A stretch of 64,000 nucleotides of DNA, from contig CM120641.1 of the NCBI GenBank assembly GCA_051362555.1, positions 5,580,001-5,644,000 of the forward strand, read 5' to 3'. This DNA is from Lingula anatina. Its lineage: Eukaryota > Animalia > Brachiopoda. The translations under genes and the position numbers were made by a program. Positions 1 through 14,682 of the stretch are shown here, in pieces. The notes below the pieces were generated by a model. The model worked only from the letters and a program-made list of their open reading frames with translations. It was not told the origin of the DNA and made no database searches. The number at the start of each line of letters is the position of its first letter. Within the stretch, counting starts at the first letter, position 1.

Positions 1-3000
1 AGCTGCCACTTGTGGACGGGGTGTAAATGTGGTCTCTTCAACAGAGTCCTCTGACTGGAAAACAGGTGTTGTGCTTTGTTAGCAAATTCTTAAATATTAC
101 AGTAAGTTTGCACATGTGTTTGTACTACAACATGGCAGGAGTGACTGAGGAATTTACTTAAATACAAAAGATGTTTCTTCAAATATATATTCAGACAACT
201 CTTACATGAACTACATCTAAGACGGGTTTATAACTTTGCAAGTCAACACTAATAATCTGAAATTATGTGACTTTTTCAAATCCACGTGGGTATGCTTATA
301 TTAAAGCCTTCCTCAACAAGCTAATTTGCACACACAAATGTGCTTGTGATTTTTCTGTAACTGATAAATATGTGTTTCTCCGTTACCTTCTTTGAAAAGA
401 AATAATATGGCACTTCCACTCCCACCAGAGCACTGAAGGCTGAGCTGATGACAAAACTGTCCTGCATCAGAATTCCATTCTCAGGTGTCACAAACAAAGA
501 CACTGCCATGCTCTTGGTCTGCAGGTAAAATAAGAAATCAATTTCTACACAGCATAATAGAAAGAATTTGAAGGCACTCTTGTCATGTCAAAGTGGATGA
601 AAAGATTAATATCTGTAATTCTATATATGAATGGAGTGGTGTGGATGGCAAGTGCACAGTGATCTTAAACACAGATGAATTTAGCTTGAAGAAATGAGTA
701 CATATACTTCACTACCATTGCGGGACACCACTTAATATAAATAAATGCCGTACAATACAATGCAGCTTTTTTCACAGTGGCCAAATAGCAACTGTAACTT
801 ACCAAGTTAATAGCTGCCTGCTTGGCTTCAAATCTTTTCCTGTATCCGTCCTCCTTTTCTTTGTTTTCCGTGTCTTTCTGTGGTTGCTGCAGTGACTTGG
901 TTTCACAGACTACAAGCTTTGTTTCCTGAGGATCCCAGTACTGAGAGACGGGGTAATGAAGAGCTATGTCATGTGCAGCTTGAGCTTTACCTCTACAAGT
1001 AAGATGGATCAATAATATTACTTTTATAACCCTAACTATCCTTACATGTGTTTAAAAATTTGGGAAATATATCATATGTAAATGATTTGTTCTGAATCTA
1101 AATGTAAACCCAGTTAATCATGATACTGGGAAATTATGTGTTACAGTTCAATACACAAATCCATATGTGTGTGGAGGGGCAGATTTTCTACATGTAATTG
1201 TTTTAAAGACAAGTATCTATCTTCCTCTAGACCTGTCACTGTTCACAAATAAACAATGAAAATAATTAATAAACTGCATACAATATATAAAAAAACTTTG
1301 ATTCGGTCTTGGTGTGATTCACTTAGTTTGGAACAGCTTGAACTATTCCTGCTTCACATTTACCTGTCAACCTCTGATGCCTCCTCTCCATCAGCTGTGG
1401 ACTGTGCAAATAATTCATCTTGTTCTCCCCTCCCTGTCTCAAAGTTGAAATACTGGATTGTGTCCATTTCTATATCCCACACGTACAGTTTGGGGTCTGG
1501 TAAACCATCAGCCTGGGATCACAAATAAAGTATTTATCTGTTCTCTTATTTGTTCATTGCAGTTTCATGTATATGAAGTACAGCACAGAATGTAAGGTAT
1601 GTACATACCAGACTGTATCTAAATAAAACTACTATGGTACACATGGTACACGGTGCATTTTAACACCAAAGTCACAGACATTGATTACTTTTTAAAAGAG
1701 TAAAACTTCAATAAGTGATCTCTTCCGCAGCCTTAGAAGGCTTATTTTATATTAGCATGTTTCTTTTACCTTGGTACAGATAAAGCTGACTTTTGAGCCA
1801 TTGCAGTTGCACTTTGCGGAGACTAAAGAACCAAAACCTTGAATAACATCTGGTAGAGATTTAGGGTTACCATGCTGCTTTGCTTCTCTGTTGAATAATA
1901 AAAAATCTGATTACTTTACATAGTCTAAGAACAAAGTAATTACCCATCATCATGTTACTCTTTTCATACATTTTTCTTTACAATGCCTGTATCTGTTAGA
2001 GCAAAATGAAACATTATAGCTGATATGGTGAAATGGATTTTTACTGTTTCTCATATAATCATCAGACCTCATACGTAGAAAATCATGTTTAGTTTCTTAA
2101 GAGACAATTTACCTTTTTAACATTACTGCTGATATCAAACTCACCTTCGTGACAAGTCAAACACCTTCACTGTCCCCTTGTCTGTGCCAACCACAAGAAA
2201 GTTAGTGCAGATATCCATGCAGACAGGGTCCCCTTCCACCTCTGTGAAGTTCAGCAGCTGTTTCACTGTGCCCTGGAATGTGCGTACTTGAACCTTGCCA
2301 GGCTCCACAGTGTAGACATTTTGTTCATATAAACACACCAGGGTAGACTCTGTGTTGAACGTACCTGGGAGATGAAAAGATAATTCGATTTCCTCTCACA
2401 TTTGCATGATCTTCATAAAGTGCTTTCAATGAAATTATCAACACACTTTGATTTCTTTCAACAATATAAAAAACAGCAACATCAAAAGTTTAAAAATAGT
2501 TACAAAGCATAAGAATTTAATTTAAAGTCATTTGTAAGGATAAAAGGTGTAAAGGTTACTTTCACTTTATTCTCATATTACTTTTTTTTTACATTAGTGC
2601 CACTTTTCCTGATATATTAGTATAGTTTAGTTTTCCTTCTAGATGTAAACTTACCTGATGCCTTTATCAATGATTTGTCTGATGAAAACTCATATACCAC
2701 TAATTTCTTTCCATTCCAAGCTGCTACATGGTCCTAGAAGTAGAACATTAAACATTAAAAGAAGAGGAATGGTGTGCATCAGCATGTTGTTGAAAAGTAA
2801 GTAATGTTTATATAGTTTTAACTAAAATCACTGTTTTTCATTAAAATTAAACTTTCACTTTCTGTGTACAAATTTTCAGAAATCTGTTTGGCATTACAAA
2901 AATATGACATGAGCAACTATGCTCGCCAATGTGAATAAGACAACAAAATAACATCGACTGTTAAATGATACAAAAACAATCACTTTTTCCAGAAATGTCA

Positions 3001-6000
3001 TTAAAAGTTAAGTCAAAAATACAGATATAATTATTACCTTGTTTGTAAAAACTCCCTTGACTTGAATATCAGTTTTGAGATCTTGATAAGTGTTTGATCC
3101 AAAGAAATCAAACGTCAGTTGACATGGACCTGTCTGAACTACAGATGTCTGAAGAGGTAAAAATTTATATGTGCCACATAAATATATGAATGTATATTCA
3201 TCTGGGCTAGGCTAAGTGGTGAACACAAAATTTGAACAGGGCCTATAATTTCATTATCTATAAAGAATGTTGCATGTTATGTTAATTACAATGAATATAT
3301 ACAGAAGCCAACATAAATCACAAGTGTGGCTGCTGTAATATTTCAATAGTGTTAATCTTACCTGGTCCTGGAAATGTGCACTCATCACCTGTTCACTGAG
3401 AACATACACATTCTCCACAGCATTCACAGCTAGAAGGTTCTTAGAGGTACCCCACTGTAAACATATGTTAAATATGCCTCTTTAAGTTTCACCTCACAAG
3501 TCACAATCATGATAAATATGAGCAGGGAAATTGCTAATAAAATGTTTCCTTCTTTTAAACAACAGCGACATGAATTTTTCAAAAATCTATCAAAAAAAGA
3601 ATTTAATTTGTTTGAAAAACATCATTGTTGCTAGTGGAAGAGGAATGCTTACTCTAAGCTGTGTTATGACTCCATCAAGGTTTGAAGGGGCCTGAAGCTT
3701 CCATGTTGCTTCAGCTTCCTGTGCGCTCGCTCCAGTGTCTGTTTCAGTGGAATACTTCCACATGGCAATGTTACCATTGCTAGTGCCACCAGCAAGGATA
3801 CCTATAACAAATGACGCACACACCATCAATGTTATTCTAAAACCATTGTAGCACTGCAATGAATTTGTTTTAAATAGCATCTGATGCACAACAAGATGTC
3901 TTAAACAGAGCTTCTTACTGTCCATTATCTGCAACTATAATGAATATGATCTAGCTTATGAACTAAAAACCAATTCAACTAGGGTACTTTTTCCTTTTAA
4001 CACAGAACATAGCACGCTTTGTTCTCATGGTGTAACAATTGTGAAGTTACTTTATTATCAAAGGTATCCACAACAGTGAATCTCCTCCCACTTCATACCA
4101 AAGCAAACACACACTAACCCTTCTCAGCACAGTAAGCTACACAGTTGATGACCTCTGTGGGGTCATATCCATTGTGGCCTTCCAGAGACAGGACAAAGTT
4201 CTCATCTCGTTCTAGATCCCACATTCTTAGAACTGTTTCCCCAGTAGCCATTGCCAATACCCCGTTTCCAGCTAAAATTATGACTGGTTCCTCTGTTTTA
4301 CCACTCAATTTTGCCTGGTAGAAATAATTGGAAAATATAACAATATTAAAAGTTGTATTGTATATTTGCACACCAACCATGCAACTTGACAGTTTTTCAA
4401 CATAAGCTCATCGTGCACATGTTATTGGCATGTAACACACTTTACGTATATAAATATGTCATTTTAATGTATTACTAAATGCCTTTCTTTTCTTATTACT
4501 TTGATAGCAAGCTAAAATTGCTAATGTATTTAACAAGGCAGCAAAGCTGTCAAATGTACAGACAAAAAGCAGGAAATAAAAAAGGCTACTGTCAATTCTG
4601 ATGCAAAAGTACATTATGTTAAACTGCAAATTCAACATCAAATTTTAATTATGCTCAACAGGTAATACCAATGTAAGTAAAATGTGTAACAAGTTTAAGG
4701 CTTCAGGCCCATGTGAGTTGAAGTTCACACTTTGAAAATGTATAACTTCCAGAAAAAGAAGTCAATTAGACTGCTTTTCCAACTCAGGCTGCTTTTTTGA
4801 AAGTTTGGCAATCATAAGTAACATGGTTTTCCCATAATGGTCATCATGGCAGCAGCACCCTAAATTATGTTTTCTTCTATTCTGATGCAACATTACATAA
4901 TGTTTAACAGCATAGTGTTATAGTAAGATCAATTACTCCTGTGAGTTTCATGACAACAGGCCTATCGGTTTTCCTTAAAATGTGTTTACAGTGTTGCATA
5001 TATGCTGAAAAGTGAAAAAACAGCATAACTTATAAAATAATGGCCCGATCATGCTTATTTTTGAACCTGACCTGCGTTTTATGAATATTCATCAGCTCTG
5101 TAAATATACAGCCATAAAGTAAAACTACCTTCCACTTATCATGTTTACAATGAAAGTGCACGGTGCCGGTGCTGGCGACAGTGACAGTGACAGCGACAGA
5201 CGCAGGTGATGGCAATATGTACAGACACATCTATATATATATTTACTGTACTGTTTGAGAACAGTGACATGGTTTTTCTTAAATGGTCATCATGGGAGCA
5301 GTGCCCAAAATAGGTTTTTTTCAAATTTTGATGCAATATTACATAATGTTTAACAGCATAATGACCATCAATTTTTTTAATAATAAAATAAAGGTATCAT
5401 GGATATTCAGAAAATGTGACTAGCAAAGGTTTTCAGGCCCATGGAACTTCCAAGTCACAACTTGAAAATGCCAGAATGTAAACAAGACAGCACTGTTCTG
5501 AAATGTTTTTTTTTTTTTTTTTTTTTTTTCATTTTTTCACAATTTTTTTAACATAAAACAAAATAAACAGTTTACTGCCATTTTTATATGACCAATGAAG
5601 AAAATTGATGAGATGGGAAAAGTATCAATAGAACAGTGTTAAATGTCCAACTTCCTCCATTCTGAGATTCTGAACATAGTGGATGAATGCATCTGACCAA
5701 CTGTAATGATATGAGTTTATTTCCATTTTTGACACTTTATTACACAATACATGATAACAAGTTTACCATCATTTTTACATAATCAACTCACAATGTTGTA
5801 AAGATGCAGGAAATGTCAAACAAACACTTTTACGTATCTTATTAGTTCAATAATGAGACTGTTAACATGCCTAAGAATTGAATCTGAGGAAATGTGAAAA
5901 AACAGCATAACTTCTAAAATAATGCCCCGATTATGCTGATTTTCGAACTCAACCAGCGTTTTAGTAAGATTGACCACTCCTGTGAGTTTAATGACAATTG

Positions 6001-9000
6001 GCCAATCTATTTTTCTTATATTGTGTTTACAGTGTTGCATATATGCTGAAAAATGAAGAAACAGCATAACTACTAAAATAGTGGCCCGATCATGCCGATT
6101 TTCGAACTTGACCTGCGTTTTAGTAAGATTAATTACTCCTGTGAGTTTCATGACAACAGGCCTAACGGTTTTCCTTAAAATGTGTTTACAGGGTTGCATA
6201 TATGCTGAAAAGTGAAAAAACAGCATAACTTCTACAATAACTGCCCGATCATACTGATTTTCGAACTTGACCTGCATTTTATGAATATTCATCAGCTCTG
6301 TAAATATAAAGCCAAAAAGTAAAACTGCCCTCCACTTATCGTGTTTACAAGGAAAGTGCACGGCGCCGACGGCGACGGCGACGACAGACGCAGGTGACAG
6401 CAATATGTACAGACACATCTGTGTCTGTACATAAAAACATAATACTAAAAACTTTTTATTTATAAATATATAAGCTAGTGAAAAAAAAATTAAATAATCA
6501 CCTTCATGGTTTCTTTAGTCTCTCCTTCTTGATTGACTGAATGCTGATATAACATAAGTGTATCTGTCACAGTCACCAAAATATTCTTTTCTTCATAATA
6601 TATCAGCTTTCTGATTGGATCGTCAGCTTGAAAAGCTTGAGCAGACTTTCCATTTTCATTGACATAATAAACACCGCCTGGAATATGGTGAGGAAAACTC
6701 ATAAGCTTAATGTCAACCAAAGTAACTACAACAAAGGTCCTTTTCTGTTTAAATAATTGTTCTTACAAATCAACCTCTATTACTTGTTATAGCAACTAAT
6801 ATTTAACCAAATACCAATTTATACATAAACTGTTTTTCCACAATGGTTTTTGTAGCTGCATTCATAACTAGACCAGGAGTATTTTAGAAGATAACTCGGG
6901 ACAACCATGCAGATTCAAAGAGGCACCCATTCTACCTAGGCAATCTGGTCATGGGAGTAAGTACTTCTATTTGAATCAGTGCTAATTTAATCAGATTATA
7001 AATGGAACCAATGTGTCACACCAAGCACCAATATTTTAAAACATTTAACCCCCAAATCAACTGACATACATACCCTTATCCCCTGCAACAAAGAACCCCA
7101 GTGCTTCTGTTCCACCAAGGTAAGGATTAACTATTTTGTTTTTTCCTCCCTTTCTCCACTGAAACATGTCTAATGCATTTTCATCTCCATTGACTGCAGC
7201 TCTTGCTAAGACATTAATATCCCTGACAGAAAGCAAAAGGGATGTACATCAACCAACTAAATATATCTCTCCTATCCATTGATCTAAACATTGAGCTATA
7301 TACACCATTTATCCAAAGTTAATTTGAGGCCCCCAGAATGAGGATTTATACCTCTAAGGTTGTACCTCATGTTCTGGGAATATAATTGTTCCACATGTTT
7401 TAGACCTACATTTAAAGAGGTTATGGCATCTGCAGTAAGCTAAGCCCACTATAGCACAATAAACTACTAACAAACTGCTGAAAAATCCTTCACTTTTGCT
7501 TAGAAAACTGAGAAATACTATATTTTTGTGTCAATATTGCACTGCTCATGCAAGTATTGATTCAGTCAAATTATTTTTCTGAGACAAGCCCATGTGACCT
7601 TGTTACCACAGCCATATTATATTTATCCCATCTATATTAGAAATACTTTTAAATTATAACACCACAGAAACATTTTTTATAGTGTAATTATGACGAGTAG
7701 ATCTACTAATAAAGAATTTCTATTAATTTTAACTATAATTAAAACTTTTCCCAGTGGAAATGCAGAAGGATTTTGTTAGAAAAAATAATGATATGCAGTA
7801 CTGAAAACAACATACATTGCTGGATCAGTGGGAGGTGGTGGTTTAAAGATCAAGGCTGTGAGACTTTCCTCCAGGTTATGTTGACACAGAGGTGTAGACT
7901 GCAGGCGACCTCTATGATCAACTTTCCACACTATCACAAAACCACTCTGAAAGGAATTAGAATATTTCTTTGATCTATATGAGCAACATTTCCAAAGTTA
8001 ATTCCAAACATTTGTTAGTTTAAAAATTAATTTTACCTGATTGACATGGGCAAAAATTAAATTCAAAATTAAAAACATCAAGTTTAGAAAATTGGTAGCA
8101 ACAATAAACTCATTGAGTCCACCTAATAACACAATCTCCTATACAACATGAGATAGACAGAACAACCATGGGGTGGTAATCTTGTTTACTGACAGTATCT
8201 TTTATTGATAACCATTTCATATCTCCTCTAATATGTTTTGTCAGTGACTATCTTCAGTAAGAAGAAAGACATTTTGTAACATAAATGCTTAAACCAATCA
8301 GTTGCAAAGCCTGTTAAAAATCAAAAATGAATCCTTTCAAAATATTTTTAAAAATCATTATAAAAATAATAGGGTGCATTCTGGCACTAATGAACAGACC
8401 TTATAAAAAGACCATAAATCTCATAACGCTCTTAGGTAGCAAACAATCCAGCCATTGAAAAACAATATAGAAACGGAATATTAAGTTTAACACTTACTGC
8501 ATCTCCTGATACTAGTCTTGATCCATTCGAGCTCCAGTCTAACACAGTAATTGCAGACTTATGGAGGCGGATCGCTTCATTTAATTCCTTGTCATGCTCA
8601 CTCCATAGGAGAATCTCTCCACTCTCCCAACCCACTGCCACTACTTTTTTACTGGGATGCCAAGCCAGTACAGTAGGAGGCAGGGACCTTTGAAGCACTG
8701 CCTCTGGGATGTGTTCTCCCTGGGAATATGATTTACATAAATATTAAAGACACTTTAAACTATTATGCCAATTTATTATTTATGCTGATCACAGAGCAGT
8801 TTGTTGGAATTCTGTTATTTTAATGTTGAGCTATTTTCATTCATTTCAAGTTTCTACAACATTCAGGTTAAAGGTTTGGTAAACTGAAAGATTTCATTTA
8901 CAGCAATCATTTTTTTTTCATAATAACCTCACTCTCCATATTTATATAATTATCAATGATAACAAATATTATAAATTGTTCCCTTGTTAGTACTAAAACC

Positions 9001-9275
9001 TATAAAGCACTACTTCATTCAAAGATGTAAGAAAAATAAATCTATATCCTGCATCAAATAAATTGAAACATGCAACATTGCACTCTTCTAACTTTGTTTT
9101 ATCCTATAAGGACCATCTTTCAATGACTTACTTCATCGTGATAGAGATTGACAAATCCTCCTTTTGTTTGGTTGTATGAAGCAACAGCTAACAGTGGATT
9201 TGTCTTATGCCACTGAATATCAGCATTGGCACCACCAGGTGTGGAGTGCACTTTGAGATCAAAGTACACAGGCAT
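1..9275 (-). CDS. IFT140: Intraflagellar transport protein 140 (IFT-A core), 5' portion; multi-exon, continues beyond window start
   Basis: ATG at 9275 gives [38 protein letters not shown] exons (approx. 9132-9275, 8498-8720, 7816-7946, 7075-7222, 6502-6678, 4118-4315, 3652-3801, 3362-3455, 3038-3148, 2656-2733, 2145-2365, 1770-1887, 1363-1512, 803-992, 387-520, 1-55) give WD40 peptides typical of IFT140: [83 protein letters not shown]. Confidence 0.95.
4532..6437 (-). mobile_element. Non-autonomous Helentron/DINE-1-like element (HINE), copy 3, composite, in an IFT140 intron
   Basis: Minus-strand 5' end TTTTTATGTACAGACACAGATGTGTCTGTACAT at 6437, then a GTC/GCC microsatellite and ~161-bp repeats. 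Same 3' end as the other copies (GTCTGTACATTTGACAGCTTTGCTGCCTTGTT) at 4532. A second, truncated 5' end lies at ~5232. Confidence 0.8.
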
Positions 9276-9769
9276 CTTCTACCTGAAACCCAGTGTTTTC
9301 TCTGTACCATGAAAGATGAACGAATCTATTTGTTCAGTTTTTCTTCAACTTTTTAATTATTTTTTTCAATGTTATAAAGATTATTTAACAATGAGAAACA
9401 GAACTGTTGCCACACCAGTTTCATATGAAGGACAATTGAGATTTTATCTACAAATATATCACAAACATTTAAGAGTTTCTTTAGGCCACAATAAAAATTT
9501 AACTGTTTCCAAAATCCATACATGTTTCACTGAAATTTTCATTCGACCATAATTTAACCAGAATCTGCAGAAATAAATTTCAGAAAATAATGACAAATAG
9601 AAACCAAAATTTACTTTAAAGCACGTAAGAAACAATCAATCTGATTGATTAAAGTGTATGATATATTGTTATAAACAGTTGTGCCATGCCTATGGAAGTT
9701 ATGAAATGATAATATGTCACTGTCAGTGTCACTTCGCATTAGTGCCATCATCACTCGATCAGCGGGAAT

Positions 9770-10206
9770 GTGTACTATAGCAACGCTCACTTACCTACTG
9801 TTTTATCCGATATTTTAGAAAAATTCAAAATACAAACACAAGCAGAATTCTTCTGGGTACATCAACTAACTAAATGTATTACTCCTTTGACGATCAGACT
9901 CCTAAACATCCAAATAACAAGGTAATGTACCGCTCCATTTAGACTTCTCGGCATTTGACTACCACCATTTTGAAAATATTTGACAAGCCCGGATGTAGGT
10001 CATTGCCTTCGTGCTTTTCCGTAAAAAATATTTATCAATAACCTTCCTATTTTCCATATTTTTTCTGTTTCGTAGACTAAATTTATGTGTGTGTGCAGCT
10101 GATTTCTCACTTGATAGGCGTTATAGTCTTTCGTTTTTAGTAAATATTTTTCTTAAAACGAAAGCACCTGACCAGACCAACCTTTGACCTCTGTCAGCAC
10201 GGAAAG
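9770..10206. promoter_or_regulatory. Bidirectional promoter region shared by IFT140 (non-coding first exon, donor ~9794) and DECR2
   Basis: Divergent starts and local CpG enrichment. Minus-strand donor GTAAGT at ~9789-9794, YY1-like CAAAATGGTGG (minus, ~9963-9973), ETS-like CCGGATGT (~9989), X-box-like GTACTATAGCAAC (9772-9784), DR1-like CAACCTTTGACCT (10178-10190). Confidence 0.6.
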
Positions 10207-13200
10207 ATGTCAGCAGAAGGAGGCAACCTCGAATCCTCCGTGGAACAAAATTATGCATATGTTTTTCAGAGAGACTTGCTAAGGTTACTTATGTGTTGTT
10301 ATTTATACTGTTAGATACGAGCCTTTCAAAATGATTCAAATGGATCTTCATGAAGTCTACGCTACGTTCATGGACTGATTCTTAATACAAAGTTCAAATT
10401 CAAGAATTGGATCAAAATTTATATCGGTCATATCCTGATTATATTAAATAAATCAGAATCAAAATATTAGTGAAGTGAAAAAAGTAGCTCAAGAAAAAAA
10501 ACTATGAAGATAAACGGGAGAAAAACAACAGAGAACCCTTATTCCGACCTGTCAATTTTTAAAGGCAGAGCCCTGAAGGTGGACCCGCCCCCCCCCCCCC
10601 CCCCAGTCGGATGTTTGCCCATACTTTTCCTACACTGACATCACAGATGAATGGAAAAAGAAAATATTTTAGTCTTTGTTAAAATAACTAATATGTATTC
10701 AATTCAACCATCTATTAAATTTCTTATGTTCACTTTAAAAGTTGGTAATGAACCTTAATTGTATTATCGTTCTTCTAATGATAAATGCCTGATACCATCT
10801 TTCTGCTATGGGAAGAAGTGCTGCTTCACATGCCTATAAAATACCTTACCCATATGCTTTATGTATATGGAACATTGTTTAGCATCTTGCTAATGATAAA
10901 AATTCTCTTAATTCATGTATGCATATTTTTTGTACAATGAAAAGAAGTTTAAAATGTTTTGTAGGGATAAGGTTGCATTTGTGACTGGTGGAGGTAGCGG
11001 TATAGGTTTTACCATAACGGAGATATTAATGAGGTAAGAATAGCTACAGAATGTGACCTTATAAATATCTGTGCACTCTAACTAATTTATGGATGATTTC
11101 CTTTTAAGCAGCATATGCCCCTTTTGTCATGAAAACTAAGATACTACATCATGATGCACTGTAGGCATGGTTGCAATGCTGTCATAGCCAGTAGGGATTT
11201 AAACAGACTTCAGAGAGCTGCCAAGAAATTGGAAGATGCAACCGGACGGAAATGTCTTCCAATAAAGATGGATGTTAGAAAGGTGAGAACATACTGAACA
11301 GTTGTTTCACTTTTTGTTTAGTTAAGAAAAAAATCATTTGTAATATGGAAAGTAGTGGTAGATTATCTTTAGATGCCAGGTAGTCTATAGAGGCCAAATA
11401 TCAGAAACTGGGAGATAATATCTGCTTATTTTTTTCCAAGCCACAAGAAATTGTTGAAGCTGTGGACCTGACCATGCAGACTTTCAAGAAGATCGATATT
11501 TTGGTTAATAGTAAGTTATACCATTATAATAAGGGTAGACATATAATAACTTATCAATTAAAAGTTTTATCTCTAAGTTAACTGCATTAATTTTAAAATT
11601 CAAATTTTTTTCCATTTGCATGAAAACTCCCTGCTATGATATTAATGACATGTTTATAATTAAGATTGCAATATACAGGTGCTGCTGGTAATTTCCTCTG
11701 TCCAGCCAGTAGCCTTTCATTCAATGGATTTAAAACTGTCATGGACATTGATGCTAATGGTACTTTCTACGCTTCAAAAGCAGTTTATGACAAGTGTATG
11801 AAGGTATGCCAACATGGGTTTAAAATACTGTTTAATCATTTTATGAATGCTGCACACAGTTTAGTCTCATTTAGAAATTATGGACTTTTTGGTGTAAATT
11901 GGTGAAAAATAAATTTTTTGGGTAGTTTTGGTTAAAATGTAAAATATGCTTGTAGGTCACAGTTTGAAAAAGTGAACATTAAATTGAGTTTTGTTAGTAA
12001 AAATTTGTTTCAGAAAATACATATTTTCATGTATTTTTATGTTTTTACTATCTTTTATTTACTTAATTTTTTTTTTCAGTTTAACTTAGTTAATAAGATG
12101 ATTTTTTTTAATCTGAGTGACAAGAATCTAGTAGTGGTTGAGTTGAAATTTTGAGAAAATATTCTTGATATTTTGAAGTCCAAAAACTGTTCATAACATT
12201 TTTTTTTTCAGAACCATGGAGGTGTTATTGTAAACATTACTGCCACTCTTCACTACAAGGGCCAGGTGTTCCAGACACATGCAGGCTCAGCCAAGGCCGC
12301 AATAGGTTGGTCGACACTGCATGTTTTATGAAATTGGATTGTTTTCTTTTCACTAGTAATAGGAACGATTTTCACATATTATTTGTAACAAAACCACATT
12401 TACCAAAAATTGAGTTTAAATCTGTTGAGAAATGTTGTTCCTGCTGTAGTGTCTCCTACCCATAAAGTTACATTTGAAGAGATTCCCTTCAAAACAAATG
12501 AACCACATATACAGGTACTTGTTTCTTTTATGGCATAACCAAATTAATCACCTGATCACCCATAAAATACTTTTTAAACTGCCCCTTCTTCAATTTTCTG
12601 GTCATAAATTGACCTATATACTTATCAGCCTGGCCATTTCGTAAAAAAAAACCAAATGATGTAGTAAAGTATGGCGCATTACTTTTGGATGTGCAGTTAA
12701 ATGAGTTGCTGAAATGATCAATGTAATGAATAGTACAGTAAGAATGCAGAAAATACCCATTCAGGTATCATTTTTTGGGAAATATGAAATGATACACTTC
12801 ATTATTTTTAGGTCATACTGTTTGAAATTATATGGTGGCATTTGGTTGGGTTTTATTGCAAAAATTTGAGTTCAAATGTATTTTTAAGAAAAACTTATGA
12901 TCATAATTTAGTCATTTTTAGTAAACCAACAGAAGTTTTATGCATATTTGAAGTAAATTTCTTCCAGATGCTATGACCAAACATCTGGCATGTGAGTGGG
13001 GTAGAGACAAGGTACGGGTGGTATCTGTGGCACCAGGTCCTATTGCTGATACTTTAGGCTTTAATAAACTTGGTAAGAATGGAGATGGTGCAATATTATC
13101 AATTCCTTACTCTGTATTCAGCCAGGCTGTTTGCATTCCATAAAATATTTTATTTTTTATTTCAAATGTCCAAATGTTGTTAGGATTGAATCAGATATAA

Positions 13201-13665
13201 TTTTCAGTTTGTAGTAATTTTTGAGAACAATGTGAGGCATTATCTTTATCTTTGCTATTCAGATTTTGTTTTGTTGATTCCCCCCAACCCCCCCCCCCCC
13301 CCCCCCCCCCACCTTATTAAACAAAAAAAAATGTACAGGTGATTAAAAAGTAAAGCAGGCAAAGATCAATAAAAACTTCCCAAACATTTAGAAAAATATA
13401 TGCTTCCTCATAGGTACAAATAACTTTATTATGCTTTATCAAAGGTGGTAACGCACCTGGGGCAGCAGCCAGGTTCATGGACATCCCTCTACAACGAGTA
13501 GGAGAAAAAGTGGAGATAGCAAATGCTGTAGTATACCTGGTCAGTGATGCTGCATCCTGGATCACTGGGATCTGCCTGGTCGTAGATGGAGGAGCCTGGC
13601 TTAGCTCAGCAAATAGTTTCAACTATGCCATGCAAGCTATGAAGGCCCAGCAGAGTAAATTATAG
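10207..13665 (+). CDS. DECR2: Peroxisomal 2,4-dienoyl-CoA reductase (SDR family), 8 coding exons
   Basis: Exons approx. 10207-10283, 10966-11033, 11165-11282, 11441-11510, 11679-11803, 12212-12305, 12969-13071, 13445-13665. They splice to [25 protein letters not shown], [31 protein letters not shown], [54 protein letters not shown]-terminal SKL (PTS1), TAG at 13663-13665. Confidence 0.96.
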
Positions 13666-14682
13666 GTGATGAAATTGGCCATTTTAGGAACATTTTGAGA
13701 TAAATAAATTTAAAAGCCATCAAAATTTTCTTAAAATACAAATATGCAAGAAAAATTGAGTGACTTATGTAATTTCTGAATTGACTGGAAGACTAAATCT
13801 TCCTCTTTGGTGCAACACTTCACAAATCTTAAAGATTTGAAAATGTTTAAAAATTCTAAATAAAGTGCACCACTGTAATTGTTTCTTTTGAGTAGTTTTA
13901 AAATAACAAATGTGCAATAATCAGAGGGTCCATATGAATAAACATAGGCAAGTGATTATTATTGTGATATTAGGTAAGAAAAATATGGATTGCTAAAAGT
14001 GTTTGAAAAGATTTCAATTTCAATAACTTGATTTAAGATTCAACTCACCTTTGTTAGAATATATCCTTGAATTTACTTTTGTATCTGTAATATGTTACAG
14101 ATGAATATTTTATAATGATTAATTATAAATAAAGTGTTTATAATAGCTTTTACAAATAGATATTGGTTTGTGTGATATCTTGAAGAATATATGGCAACTT
14201 GTATTCATCGGTGTTAATTCTGCATCAACTCTGACGATTTACCCCAATAAAGGCAAGTCTTATTGAATGCATAACTTAGAATTTCAACCAAATACATAGC
14301 CAAATCAGAAAGCCCACAAACACAATCATGCAAATTAGAGCCATTTCAGCTCCTGTCTGTGATTTCGCTCGTTTGCCTGGAATGTGATTTTTTACTGAAA
14401 TTTTGTTTAGGTTTGTCATTTAAAGGTTTTAACTTCAGGAAAAAATATTTAAAGCAATTAAATGATAAAATAAAAAGATAAGATTCCCTGCCAGTTTATG
14501 AAGAGCACAACCACCTGCAACTAGCACAATGTAGGCTGTGTAGAGTTTACATGCAGTCATGGTGGGAGGAGGGCTTTTTATGTACAGACACAGATGTGTC
14601 TGTACATATAGCCATCATCTGCGTCTGTCGTCGCCGTCGCCGTCGTCGCCGTCGCCGTCGTCGCCGTCGCCGTGCACTTTTA

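Noticed and set aside
5816-6418. 200-aa ORF, and similar ORFs at 15690, 17094, 18102, 31691, 32833 and 34417
   Set aside because: All lie within HINE copies and are translations of tandem repeats; none has Rep/helicase motifs.
10588-13310. Poly-C runs at ~10588-10604 and ~13279-13310 as functional G-quadruplexes
   Set aside because: They are simple intronic homopolymers with no supporting evidence.
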